A DNA stretch of 64,000 nt from a virus. Taxonomy: Duplodnaviria; Caudoviricetes. Shown in pieces: positions 19,301 to 27,691 of the stretch. Position 1 is the first letter of the stretch, and each line of letters begins with the position of its first letter. The stretch lies in IMG/VR virus record IMGVR_UViG_3300021255_004427, positions 1 through 64,000 of that record, one strand, 5' to 3'. Below the pieces are notes generated by a model that worked only from the letters and a program-made list of their open reading frames with translations, ran no database searches and was not told the origin of the DNA. The translations under genes and the position numbers were made by a program.

Positions 19301-19609
19301 GAAGAGCTTCATCCACATCTGTGCGGACGAATATACGTTCTTATCTTCATCCTCTGCATGAGGAATCATAAGAACATTCATCCCGGTTGGGGTGGTTACA
19401 TCAAAGATGTCCTTCCAGAAGTTACGGTCACCTACAATCTCCGGCAGTTCAATACCGTTGGCAATAGCCTTAAAGGCATTGCCCTTGACATTAGCTGCCG
19501 CGTTTACACGCAGAGCTTTCTCTGCGGCTTTTGCCTTTTCCCCGGCATTGATTTTAGCTACGATTTCTTCGTGGTTAATGTTTGCATTTGCGATAGTCTG
19601 AGTCTTCAT
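16391..19609 (-). CDS. catalytic (DxDGD) half of a putative YonO/QDE-1-like two-barrel RNA polymerase, 1072 aa
   Basis: ordered motifs SAQ, GHTSMISIDP, MKYP, LAGSDRDGDK, VGPVTN, QECTIDAEK; AAGGAGG RBS before ATG 19609. Confidence 0.7.
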   Translation of the reverse strand: MKTQTIANANINHEEIVAKINAGEKAKAAEKALRVNAAANVKGNAFKAIANGIELPEIVGDRNFWKDIFDVTTPTGMNVLMIPHAEDEDKNVYSSAQMWMKLFRNANDAIKNGADTEQVLSDLDEVIKTAIDHTINEVSDLDGRCRDGYHGFEEVDASYTSSLLMGMNSGALNVWPQLIKGAANDIARTLSNHVQLDRYHLDGHTSMISIDPVYELIKSRFGVEEALKVGVTGINGNIMNVVDPRATRFFDGINAAREDRYGALMKYPSVGTRETILVHFMDDEEINDALMNLVERGYLTEEEAICAAEQYANIKEGIIEMPADLAAIGSVLAGSDRDGDKTSVILHRAGQKDIPWFLNNYGFKPLAVDIVPTKPEEKGERYEIDGGMYSTNFHMINQNHNEKVGPVTNAGRVLTQGLCAIDWSDEVKALYISCFSTVWEAGTEADAGDGKYHTPLTWGEDAYGRETASTAPKTYENGETLDAYHAFEKAVHMTRFEGTVEEQWNTLLEIIKDFDVLIRHTQECTIDAEKKFYKVYTDFVAILKATMTVTPLKFGARFVINWETFRKDPEADVKAELKEDDLLRKDEKVILLDMNGNEISREGFRGVMAEEPVQLFWPAEGKGQDDRKVVVFNDFFANYRRYAIGKSMEKLNELIARYKAAVNSAEYKARRENAYDVAIMHIADQRIENRLQVAISMGGAINAVYREDRKAMLAANADEYGDVSNSKSDAIRKALHEKYDDAFDAISNTIRWMVARDNSKVSPDDLVGYLAGGEDITTSAGSNMSKLLKEETAYAAIQMSDNNEAVEFINARYNNVEALESLTEGQNIIVKEGEVYTAKMKKIEDLYVSLNVLDGMYQIAMRDDSPAIVRPMTDFISIPEVDRTQVAFELDLKSVWMPNPEWDGETAEEQWMINDEQVVINKAIVDAISSKVGHRILLANVKDGKYTRLGIKENTEVLAGLYVKGSKDGKHYNKEAAVHSQALTVDTDVDVFVRKNHDQYNYDAAIRSFYEGLNGAVSVVYADSNCNRAVVVLTEVEQKNAEYDALPEDSKEETTALTFDGTEAVGIDIDFF

Positions 19610-19700
19610 GATAATTTTCCTCCTTTTGGGGCTCGACGGCCCCTCTACAAAAAAACAAAAATTGCCCAGTTTAAGGTCGTATGGCAGGACCAAAACAAAA

Positions 19701-20231
19701 TTAAAACGGCAAATCTTCCCACTCGGTTAGCGAATTGAGGTCAAACACTTCTGCTTCCAGTGCTTCATCAATGCCTCTATGGGAAACATGTGAATCTTCT
19801 CCAATGCCGTAGCAGTTATAAGCAAACTGCTTAATCTTCTCTTTCGAGTAAGTTTCTAAGAGTTTAACCAACAATATCGTGGAGACAACATGCTCCTCCA
19901 CCAAGAGGTCGGCGCCGTCGACAAAATCAGCAGCGCCAATCTCCTCCTGCATACGACCAAACAGCTTTAGTGCTGCATCGCCTTCTGCACGTTCAGCTTC
20001 CTCCAGAAGCTCAACAAGATTATTGAACTCCAGAGTAATATCCTCGTCCGGCTCATCGCCAAACGGATTGGTAATATAAGCGCCTCCTTTCTTAACCACA
20101 ATGAACTTACCTTTTTCATAGGCTTCTCTACCACCAAACATCAAGGCCCCATTAGGAAGCACTTCATAATGAGCAATAGCTTCGCCCATAACGATTACAA
20201 CAGCAGCCTTAACAAGATTCAGTTTAAACAT
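19701..20231 (-). CDS. acidic hypothetical protein, probably co-regulated with the polymerase genes
   Basis: AAAGGAG RBS before ATG 20231; ends WEDLPF (SSB-like tail); shares the upstream hairpin with the next two genes. Confidence 0.7.
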   Translation of the reverse strand: MFKLNLVKAAVVIVMGEAIAHYEVLPNGALMFGGREAYEKGKFIVVKKGGAYITNPFGDEPDEDITLEFNNLVELLEEAERAEGDAALKLFGRMQEEIGAADFVDGADLLVEEHVVSTILLVKLLETYSKEKIKQFAYNCYGIGEDSHVSHRGIDEALEAEVFDLNSLTEWEDLPF

Positions 20232-20412
20232 GATAAATCTCTCCTTTCGGGCTCGACAGCCCAATACAAAAATAAAAAATAAAAATGGATAAAAAGAGTC
20301 CAGTATCCCAATAAGACACTGGACTCAAACAATAAATAATGGTACAATGAGATAAACAGGGGGGAGTCCGGTGCTCTCGCTCACCATCATCCTCCCCCTG
20401 GTCAGACTACCC

Positions 20413-20520
20413 TTACTTCATCAGCGCATCAACGATGAACTTCAGTAAGAAGTATCTGACCGCAACTTCAACTGCTGCCAACACGAGGCACAGCAACAGC
20501 ATCTGTATCAGTTTTCTCAT
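20413..20520 (-). CDS. 35-aa hydrophobic peptide, type I toxin-like
   Basis: AAGGAGGTG RBS; MRKLIQMLLLCLVLAAVEVAVRYFLLKFIVDALMK; flanking hairpins. Confidence 0.6.
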   Translation of the reverse strand: MRKLIQMLLLCLVLAAVEVAVRYFLLKFIVDALMK

Positions 20521-20625
20521 GGCATTCACCTCCTTTCAGGTAGTGCCAAACAATCTGTGCTGGCATGAGCACATTATGAAGCCCCCCGAATCAATTAAGG
20601 TTCAGGGGCTTTAAATATGCTTATG

Positions 20626-20778
20626 TCAATACTCATAGCGACCAAGCAGCAACCAATTATCGCTGCCAGGGCGGCTCACCTCCAATACGATTACATGATA
20701 GGCCGACAAATGGAGCTTGCGTACAAGCCAGCCATTTTTTCTGAAAACCATGGCTTTTTCAGTCAACAACTTCTCCAC
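20626..20778 (-). CDS. 50-aa hypothetical protein
   Basis: GAGGAGG RBS + GTG; MEKLLTEKAMVFRKNGWLVRKLHLSAYHVIVLEVSRPGSDNWLLLGRYEY. Confidence 0.5.
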   Translation of the reverse strand: MEKLLTEKAMVFRKNGWLVRKLHLSAYHVIVLEVSRPGSDNWLLLGRYEY

Positions 20779-21090
20779 GATGTTTCCTCCTCTTTCTCGT
20801 GTAAAATCCAGACCCTCCCTGGGCTAATATGCCAGGTTCAGGATCCTCACCAAAATACTAGGTACTCCCGGAAATTTTTCACAAAATCCGTTTCCCTATA
20901 GGAAATTTGACATTATCAACTATCTGCCAAAAAATCGCCGCCCTCCCCATAAGGTCACAAGCATTCCTCTCATGGACACCGACAAAATGATTGCCGGCCT
21001 GCATGTTTGCTTGCTTAATTATGCGTTCAGATGTATAATAAGGAGTAAGAATAAAAATGGTTATTTGTACAAAAAAAGGAGGCGTTTGAC

Positions 21091-21510
21091 ATGGGTGTTG
21101 ATTGGGGAGAATATTATGACACCGAAGACCCAAACGAAATGAGCGCCATGATTGACAAGGGCGGGATGACCACGCATATTGGCCGGAAAACTGAAAAGAA
21201 GACATATTCCACTGAAGAGGCTGCGGCAATTGGTTGTGTAGAAGCCATCGCAGAATTGGGCAAAAAGAATTCGAACACCAAGATAACTGAAAAGAATCGC
21301 CTTGCCTTTCACGCCTCCTTCCCTATAATGACAATGATTGACGCTGTGCGCGATATTGAGCATGAAATCTCATACGAGGAACGACAAGCTCTGGAAGACG
21401 AAATAATCGAAGCAATATATCAACACAATAAGCACATGGAAGATATTCTTAACAGATGCAAAGAAATAAAACGTAAGGCTAAAAAGCTGGATAGTAAACT
21501 TCCGTTTTAA
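21091..21510 (+). CDS. hypothetical protein
   Basis: AAGGAGG RBS; TTGCTT-17-TATAAT at 21011-21039; hairpin downstream. Confidence 0.75.
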   Translation: MGVDWGEYYDTEDPNEMSAMIDKGGMTTHIGRKTEKKTYSTEEAAAIGCVEAIAELGKKNSNTKITEKNRLAFHASFPIMTMIDAVRDIEHEISYEERQALEDEIIEAIYQHNKHMEDILNRCKEIKRKAKKLDSKLPF

Positions 21511-21829
21511 ATAAGCACAATATAAAAAGACAGACACTTCCAAGACTACCAATCAGAGACATCTTGAAACTGCCTGTCTTTTTATATATCGCACACGCTT
21601 TTGCCTGTCTATTAATTTTCAGAATATTTCATCTTTATTCTGTGCACTGCGGGCGGCAATGATAAATGATTAATCTTCAACAATCTGCCTGTCATAAACA
21701 ATATAAATCATACCAAAAGCAAAATAAAATAATATCAGAACCTCTGTTGTTTCCGCTACCCTATTGTGTAATATCGGCCATAGAGAAGGAAAATCAAATA
21801 CAACCACACAAAGGGGTAAAGTTACAGAA

Positions 21830-22543
21830 ATGAAAAACTCAACCACCAAACAGTTCGGCGACAAACAAGAATTCAGCTTAAAGGACGTTCGTGAGCGCGA
21901 CGATATGTACAACCGTTTCGACGCAAAACAGCGCACATATTTCCATGCAATCAAGGAACATGTGTTTACGTTCTGTGAGGCCACCACTGGTAGCGGCAAA
22001 ACCACAGTATCCATCGCGGCAGCATTAGATTTACTAGCAAACGGCGAAGCCGACCGAATTGTCTATGTACGCACTCCTGACGACCGAAGTCTTCGCCTTG
22101 GGTTTCAGCCGGGGACGCTCGAAGAAAAATGCGCAATCTATTGGGGGCCTCTTTGTGATGCACTATTAACACTTGGCATTACACCAGACATAGCAGTCCA
22201 AATGGTTAATCTTGGGCTTCTGGTAGAAACCACGGACATCTCTTTGCGGGGTGTTAATTTTAGTCGAGCCGTAGTTGTATTTGACGAAATCCAGAATGCG
22301 GATGTGGAAACCATGCGCACTGTATTTACCCGCTGTCACGAGAATTGTCATATTGTAGCCACCGGCGACCGTAAGCAGCACGACAATAAAAAGAGCGACG
22401 ACGAGTTCTATGAGTACTGTATGTTCCTCGCCGAATCCGCGATGGGTAACAAATGCGAACTCACCCACAATTATCGCGGTGCTTTTAGCCGGCTGGCCGA
22501 AAGTTATGTCGCTCGCAAAGACAGAATTAAACAGGCCGCGTAA
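21830..22543 (+). CDS. phoH: PhoH-family ATPase
   Basis: TGSGKT, LGFQPGTLEEK, LRG..F, DEIQN, TR, TGD..Q.D motifs. Confidence 0.9.
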   Translation: MKNSTTKQFGDKQEFSLKDVRERDDMYNRFDAKQRTYFHAIKEHVFTFCEATTGSGKTTVSIAAALDLLANGEADRIVYVRTPDDRSLRLGFQPGTLEEKCAIYWGPLCDALLTLGITPDIAVQMVNLGLLVETTDISLRGVNFSRAVVVFDEIQNADVETMRTVFTRCHENCHIVATGDRKQHDNKKSDDEFYEYCMFLAESAMGNKCELTHNYRGAFSRLAESYVARKDRIKQAA

Positions 22544-23262
22544 AAATCATCCCAACCCGCTCGCTATTTTTTCTAACAGACAGTCTTTCATTATACCCCT
22601 CTAAAACGCAAAATATGAGGGGTGTTTTATTTTTGACGGCACTTTACCAGTTGAACACCTTTTCGTCGCGCTACGTTAAATCTATGGGGCCTATAGAGAA
22701 GATTTCAGGTAAAGTTCTGAAGGCAGGTAAGCGGCGCGGGCCGGATCTAAAAATTTTAGAGCTTAAGGATCTTGTGCGTGTATCTTCCCTATAGAGAAGA
22801 ACAATAATAAAGTATTATGATTAACCTTCAATACAAGAACGTAAGAAGAACATTGTAGGTAGGTTATATATGGGACATATAGATACATACCACGAACAAT
22901 ATCTTACTGCAAATATGATAGCATCTGTTATATAGGGGTACATTGTATTTGCGGTAGGTAAGAAGGCGATAGTTCTATAGGGGACAATATGTAAGAAGTC
23001 ACCATTATAGACAGTTTTTGTAGGGGCACATTGTTGCGCATGAGGACGTAGAACATCTTTTGGCGGCACGGGGCCGGGCATAGAAGCTGCTGGCAGGGGA
23101 AGTTGAGGGGGCGGCGACCCCCTCAGTTGCTGCTCTAATAGCAGCGGCTTTAATAGCATTTAAGAAGTTCTCATTGACATGTACGAGCAGGTCAGAGTAA
23201 AATAGACAATACAAAAAGCCCCGCACCGGCAAAACCGTGCGAGGCTCAGGAGGAATTAAATA

Positions 23263-25257
23263 TTGAAAATCAGAGTAAAACAATTGGCGCATAAATTCGT
23301 ACAAGCTGGCGCCAAATCTCACCCCTTCACTCGCCACTATTACCGCGATAACAGCGATAAAAACATTTTGGCGAAGTACAGGGAAAAACACAATAACACG
23401 GAAATCTACGAAAATTTGTACACAATGACCGTGGAAGATGACGCCAGCAAAGATGCGAAATCCATCTGGCAGGCAAATAAAGAACAGGCCGTTCTTACCG
23501 GAGACTTTGTTGTTGACCTAGACCTGCACGGCGCCGGCGACAAACCGGAAGCCTACGATACTGTTCGCAATGATACCATTGGCGTTGTAAAACGTTTATG
23601 TCAACTACTTCACATCACTGAAAACCAGATGAAGATATACTGGAGTGGCGGCAAGGGATTCCACGTTGTAGTTCCATATGCAGGATTGCTATCAGCAAAG
23701 AATCTAAACAAAGGATATCGCAGACTGGCACAATGGCTTAATCGCTACTATAAGACGATTGATCTGACATTGTACGATGAACAGCGAGTCTGCCGCATTC
23801 CCAACTCTATCCACGGTAAGACAGGGATGTATTGCGTTCGTGTGTCTTGGGAACAGCTTCAGAGTATGGATCTGATACAAATGATGCAATGGGCCTTCAA
23901 CCCCCGTCCAGATGAAGACGTCTTCTTAAACGAAAGTCACGTAAGAAGGGTATTTGGTTCAAACCTAGAACGGCTCTCAGGCCTTATACTACGCGGGTTG
24001 AAGGGTAGTAGAAAAACTAAAAAGAGACAACCCCGTATACCAACCGTAGAGAAGAGAGAGGGGGTTTTCCAGACTATTTTCAGATTCAAACAACCAGGTG
24101 TGATTTCCGAGTCTGCTGTAAAAATGTCGATTCCCCAAGCAATCAAATATGTTAAGAGCTCTATTGACATGGAAGAACTTACTGGACTGCACGGACAATT
24201 TTGTGACATTTTTCACGAAGAGAAAACCCCCTCTTCACGATGGCTCCGACCTAACATTAAACATCGTGATTGGATTTACAAATGCAGTTCGTCGTCTGCA
24301 GAACTTGCAATCGATCCTATTGGTTTTACAATGTGTTGCTTACACTGTACACCTATGGAAGCCCTCGAACACCTCTGCTCTAAGGCAAACATAAAACTCG
24401 TACACAGTGAACCAGGTAAAGACATTCGGGAATTTATACGAGCAAATAAGTTAGCTTACAAAAACCTCAACAGGATAAAAGGAGCTCACAACTTAATTGG
24501 TAAGGTTCTCAAAGGTGCTTACGACGAATGCTGTGCTGACGTCCAATATATGGCTGAACACTATAATATGGACAAGCACGCAGACAATGTTTATGGTTCT
24601 GTTAGTTCCCGTTATTTATCCAAAAGACTGGGAAATAAAAACGGTCATTCATCTTCGTGTAAAAAGCTAATCTTACTAGCTAGTTTAGGCTTAGTAAAAC
24701 GTTTTACAGACGAAGACCTGCCCTTCTACAATACAATAAGAAGAATGCCTTTTTATAAAAAATGCATGAGAGAATATCATGGTTGCACAATTCAGTTTTA
24801 CAAATTAGCTGATCTCAGCAACAAGGAAGTGCGTAAAGTCATCCGTGACAGGATTAGAGCATGGGTAGATAAGGGGGCTCCTATTAAGAATATCAATCGT
24901 CAGGTTATCTCTGATGTATTCGGGGAAGAAATAGCTTCAGATGTCTATGCCAAGCACGATGCTTTAATGGCTAAGCGCGCAGCCGCAGCAGGTAAAGTTG
25001 CGGAGGAAACTGAGGTAATCGCTATCGATAATATTGAAGAACAATGGCGCTTAGAAGAGTTTGAATGGCTTAGAAAAGAAATGCGTGAAAATGCCAGACG
25101 ACCAATGTTTGATGATTGGGTATTTGTACCTGCTGCTGTAGCAGCGCCTCCCAAGACAAAAGCCGTCAAAGCTCCGAAATCGCGTACAGGCGCCGCGAAG
25201 CGCTCTGCCCCATATACTTATATGCCTCAGAGCTTACAAGGGTGTCAGGCAGCCTAA
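23263..25257 (+). CDS. AEP-family primase-polymerase / replication protein with CHC2-like Zn-finger region
   Basis: DFVVDLD, WSGGKGFH, D...YD..RVCRIPNS.H.KTG; CDIFHEEKTPS; AGGAGG RBS + TTG. Confidence 0.8.
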   Translation: MKIRVKQLAHKFVQAGAKSHPFTRHYYRDNSDKNILAKYREKHNNTEIYENLYTMTVEDDASKDAKSIWQANKEQAVLTGDFVVDLDLHGAGDKPEAYDTVRNDTIGVVKRLCQLLHITENQMKIYWSGGKGFHVVVPYAGLLSAKNLNKGYRRLAQWLNRYYKTIDLTLYDEQRVCRIPNSIHGKTGMYCVRVSWEQLQSMDLIQMMQWAFNPRPDEDVFLNESHVRRVFGSNLERLSGLILRGLKGSRKTKKRQPRIPTVEKREGVFQTIFRFKQPGVISESAVKMSIPQAIKYVKSSIDMEELTGLHGQFCDIFHEEKTPSSRWLRPNIKHRDWIYKCSSSSAELAIDPIGFTMCCLHCTPMEALEHLCSKANIKLVHSEPGKDIREFIRANKLAYKNLNRIKGAHNLIGKVLKGAYDECCADVQYMAEHYNMDKHADNVYGSVSSRYLSKRLGNKNGHSSSCKKLILLASLGLVKRFTDEDLPFYNTIRRMPFYKKCMREYHGCTIQFYKLADLSNKEVRKVIRDRIRAWVDKGAPIKNINRQVISDVFGEEIASDVYAKHDALMAKRAAAAGKVAEETEVIAIDNIEEQWRLEEFEWLRKEMRENARRPMFDDWVFVPAAVAAPPKTKAVKAPKSRTGAAKRSAPYTYMPQSLQGCQAA

Positions 25258-25437
25258 TAGAGGCCTTAGAATTTATTTTGCATGAACAGAATATGTAAGA
25301 AGTAAAAACGTATAAGAAGTTAACCTTATATATGTCTAGGCCTCTTCCCTATCCGTGGAATACTACAACCTAGCAACGGTAATACTTGCCTTGAAGCTAT
25401 GTAGTTCGGAGACAAAAAACAACGGAGGAATAAATAC

Positions 25438-25782
25438 ATGGATAATAATACTACAATTGCAGAGCAGGCGCAGGATCTTAGCGAAGTTGTTATCGTAAAA
25501 GAAGCCGGCATGGATGCGCCATATAAGCTTGAAGATGCCAGCATTGAATTTGACGTAGCAATTTCTGATGCGGGCGATCTGATTTTCAAGGGCGGCCAGC
25601 TTACTACCAGCTACTTCATTCAGAATACCGAGCTTGATCACCTTGAAACCTGGAGATACTTTATTGAGGGTGTAAAAATCAAGAACATGCATGTTTCTAC
25701 CAAGCTCGATAAGATTACTTACGATTTTAGCGCAAATGGCTTTGTAGACTATACAGTTAGTGCGGAGGAAGACAATGGCTGA
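25438..25782 (+). CDS. hypothetical protein, first gene of the late cluster
   Basis: GGAGG RBS. Confidence 0.75.
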   Translation: MDNNTTIAEQAQDLSEVVIVKEAGMDAPYKLEDASIEFDVAISDAGDLIFKGGQLTTSYFIQNTELDHLETWRYFIEGVKIKNMHVSTKLDKITYDFSANGFVDYTVSAEEDNG

Positions 25783-26506
25783 GGAAAAAGAAACAGATAT
25801 AAAAGCGCCCACAGCTGCAGAAGTTGAACTTGAGGAAAATCAGCGCAACTATGACAGGATGATGGCCCGGCTTAAAACAAATGTCTGGGGACATAGCCAG
25901 AAGGGGCTGCTCGCACTCAAGGCAAGTATGCAGCAGCTCTCACTTAAGACGGGAATGTATGCCCGTATCCCAATTTATTGTAAAGGCGAAGGCTGTCCCT
26001 ACAATGAATCCTGCCAGCTATATTTTGATGGGCTTGCACCGGTAAATGAGCCTTGCCCTCAGGAAGTTGCTTTGATTGGCCGCAAAGTCGCCCAGTATAC
26101 TGACGAATTCGATCTGGACAAAGATGATGCCTCCCCCACCGATAAAGCGCTTGTAGAAGAAATTATCCTTATGGAAGTTTCCATGGAAAGATGTAAGGCG
26201 CTTATGTCACAGGAGATAAACCCGATCCAGAACGTTGCAATCGGACTTAGTGAAGAAGGCGAGCCGATTTATCAGCCGCAGGTATCCAAAGTTGTGGAAG
26301 CCTATGAACGTTTTTCCAAAAAACGTAATGCGGACTACAATCTCTTAATGGCTACTCGCAAGGACAAGAAGAAAGACATTGAAGAAGAAAAGCAGGCTGA
26401 CATCTATTCGATTATTGAGGAAGCTCAGAATACTGAGGGGTTCTTTGATATGGATAAGCGGCCGGATGTTCAGGATGCTGAATTTACGGAAAGCGGGGAA
26501 AAATAA
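25775..26506 (+). CDS. Cys-rich protein, possible terminase small subunit
   Basis: C-x4-CPY-x3-C...CP.E cluster, helical C-terminus, upstream of terL; function is inference. Confidence 0.5.
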   Translation: MAEEKETDIKAPTAAEVELEENQRNYDRMMARLKTNVWGHSQKGLLALKASMQQLSLKTGMYARIPIYCKGEGCPYNESCQLYFDGLAPVNEPCPQEVALIGRKVAQYTDEFDLDKDDASPTDKALVEEIILMEVSMERCKALMSQEINPIQNVAIGLSEEGEPIYQPQVSKVVEAYERFSKKRNADYNLLMATRKDKKKDIEEEKQADIYSIIEEAQNTEGFFDMDKRPDVQDAEFTESGEK

Positions 26507-26826
26507 TGAGTGCCAGTACGGAAGCCATAAATAAAATTGGCACTGCTGCCAGTGGCGTTTTTAACTTCATGAAAGAGCCTTGGTCAAAAGGGATAGAATA
26601 TGCTACTGGCAAAGGGCCAAAAACATGGAAGGGTTTAGCCAAGGAAGCCTTTGGTGGTGCTGAAGGAGATTTAACTGCATTCAAGGTTGGCGACGAACGT
26701 TATAACGGTGCTAAGATTGCCGGCGCCTTAGGCGGGCTTGGTATTGGTTATCGTTTTGCCTCTGGCGGTGGTGCCTATAGAGATAAGAATGGCAACACAG
26801 ATATTGCGGGTATACCCTTTATTTAA
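26506..26826 (+). CDS. Gly-rich small protein, putative virion/ejection protein
   Basis: ORF coupled to previous gene; GxxxG hydrophobic segment. Confidence 0.65.
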   Translation: MSASTEAINKIGTAASGVFNFMKEPWSKGIEYATGKGPKTWKGLAKEAFGGAEGDLTAFKVGDERYNGAKIAGALGGLGIGYRFASGGGAYRDKNGNTDIAGIPFI

Positions 26827-26844
26827 AACTCGGAGGTTATGTGA

Positions 26845-27216
26845 ATGGGTATTACTGGCAGTATTTTTAAGAAAGCCCTGGGCGGCGTTAAAGCGTTTGA
26901 TAACGCCATGACCAAGGCGGCGGACAAGGTGTTGCAGGCTCCCGGAAAAATCATTAGATACGATGAGTCTGGATTTCCTATGGAACTCAATAAAAAAGGT
27001 AAGGCTGTTCTTATTGGGGCAACAGCTGTGGGTTCGGCAGCCAGTGCATACAATGAGAATGAGCGCAAGCACTTAGGAACTATCGATAGTAGAATAGTCT
27101 CCCCTACTCCAGATTATTCTGTTTACCGTAACGGCTCTACCCTGTCCGCTCCGGGCGGTGCAGACGGTTCCCTTGTATTTGCTTTGGATAAAACTAAGAA
27201 TGGGGGCTTCTTGTAA
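26845..27216 (+). CDS. putative virion/ejection protein
   Basis: GGAGGT RBS; Ala/Gly hydrophobic segment. Confidence 0.65.
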   Translation: MGITGSIFKKALGGVKAFDNAMTKAADKVLQAPGKIIRYDESGFPMELNKKGKAVLIGATAVGSAASAYNENERKHLGTIDSRIVSPTPDYSVYRNGSTLSAPGGADGSLVFALDKTKNGGFL

Positions 27217-27218
27217 TC

Positions 27219-27671
27219 ATGGGGATTCCATCTAAGATCGTAAACAAGATGTTTAAAAACAACAAAGGCGAATGGAGCAAAATGGCTATGGTCGGAACTG
27301 GCGCAAATTTGTTATTCGGCGCTTCAGAATATGCCGATAAACGTGCTGAGGGCGAAGGAGTAATCTCTGCTGGCCTTTCCGCGGCCGGAGATATTGCGCT
27401 GGGTCTTCTTACTCCTATGCCGTTATATATTGGCGCAATGATGGCCCCTGCACTTGCCGAAGGGGCCGTGGATGCATACCATGCTTTAGACCAGTACGGA
27501 CGCCAGTTAAAATCACAGAGGCGAAACCTGCCTTTTCAGAATGCTACCTTTGTAGATTCACAACAGACATATACGATGCGTCAGGCCGGCATGAACCTTG
27601 CACGGCAGGGACAAATGGCCGCGCAACAGACTTCAATGGGTAATGAGGCATCCGCCTTTGCTCGTTATTAA
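27219..27671 (+). CDS. putative virion/ejection membrane-associated protein
   Basis: hydrophobic helices, Gln-rich C-terminus. Confidence 0.65.
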   Translation: MGIPSKIVNKMFKNNKGEWSKMAMVGTGANLLFGASEYADKRAEGEGVISAGLSAAGDIALGLLTPMPLYIGAMMAPALAEGAVDAYHALDQYGRQLKSQRRNLPFQNATFVDSQQTYTMRQAGMNLARQGQMAAQQTSMGNEASAFARY

Positions 27672-27691
27672 AAACTCGGAGGTGAGACGAT

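Noticed and set aside
14405-19738. Plus-strand 562-aa ORFs 14405-16093 and 18050-19738
   Set aside because: Antisense shadows of the polymerase genes
20800-20900. Possible pac site or genome end at the divergence point
   Set aside because: Only a loose resemblance (GGTACTCCCGGAAATTTTT); needs read-end data
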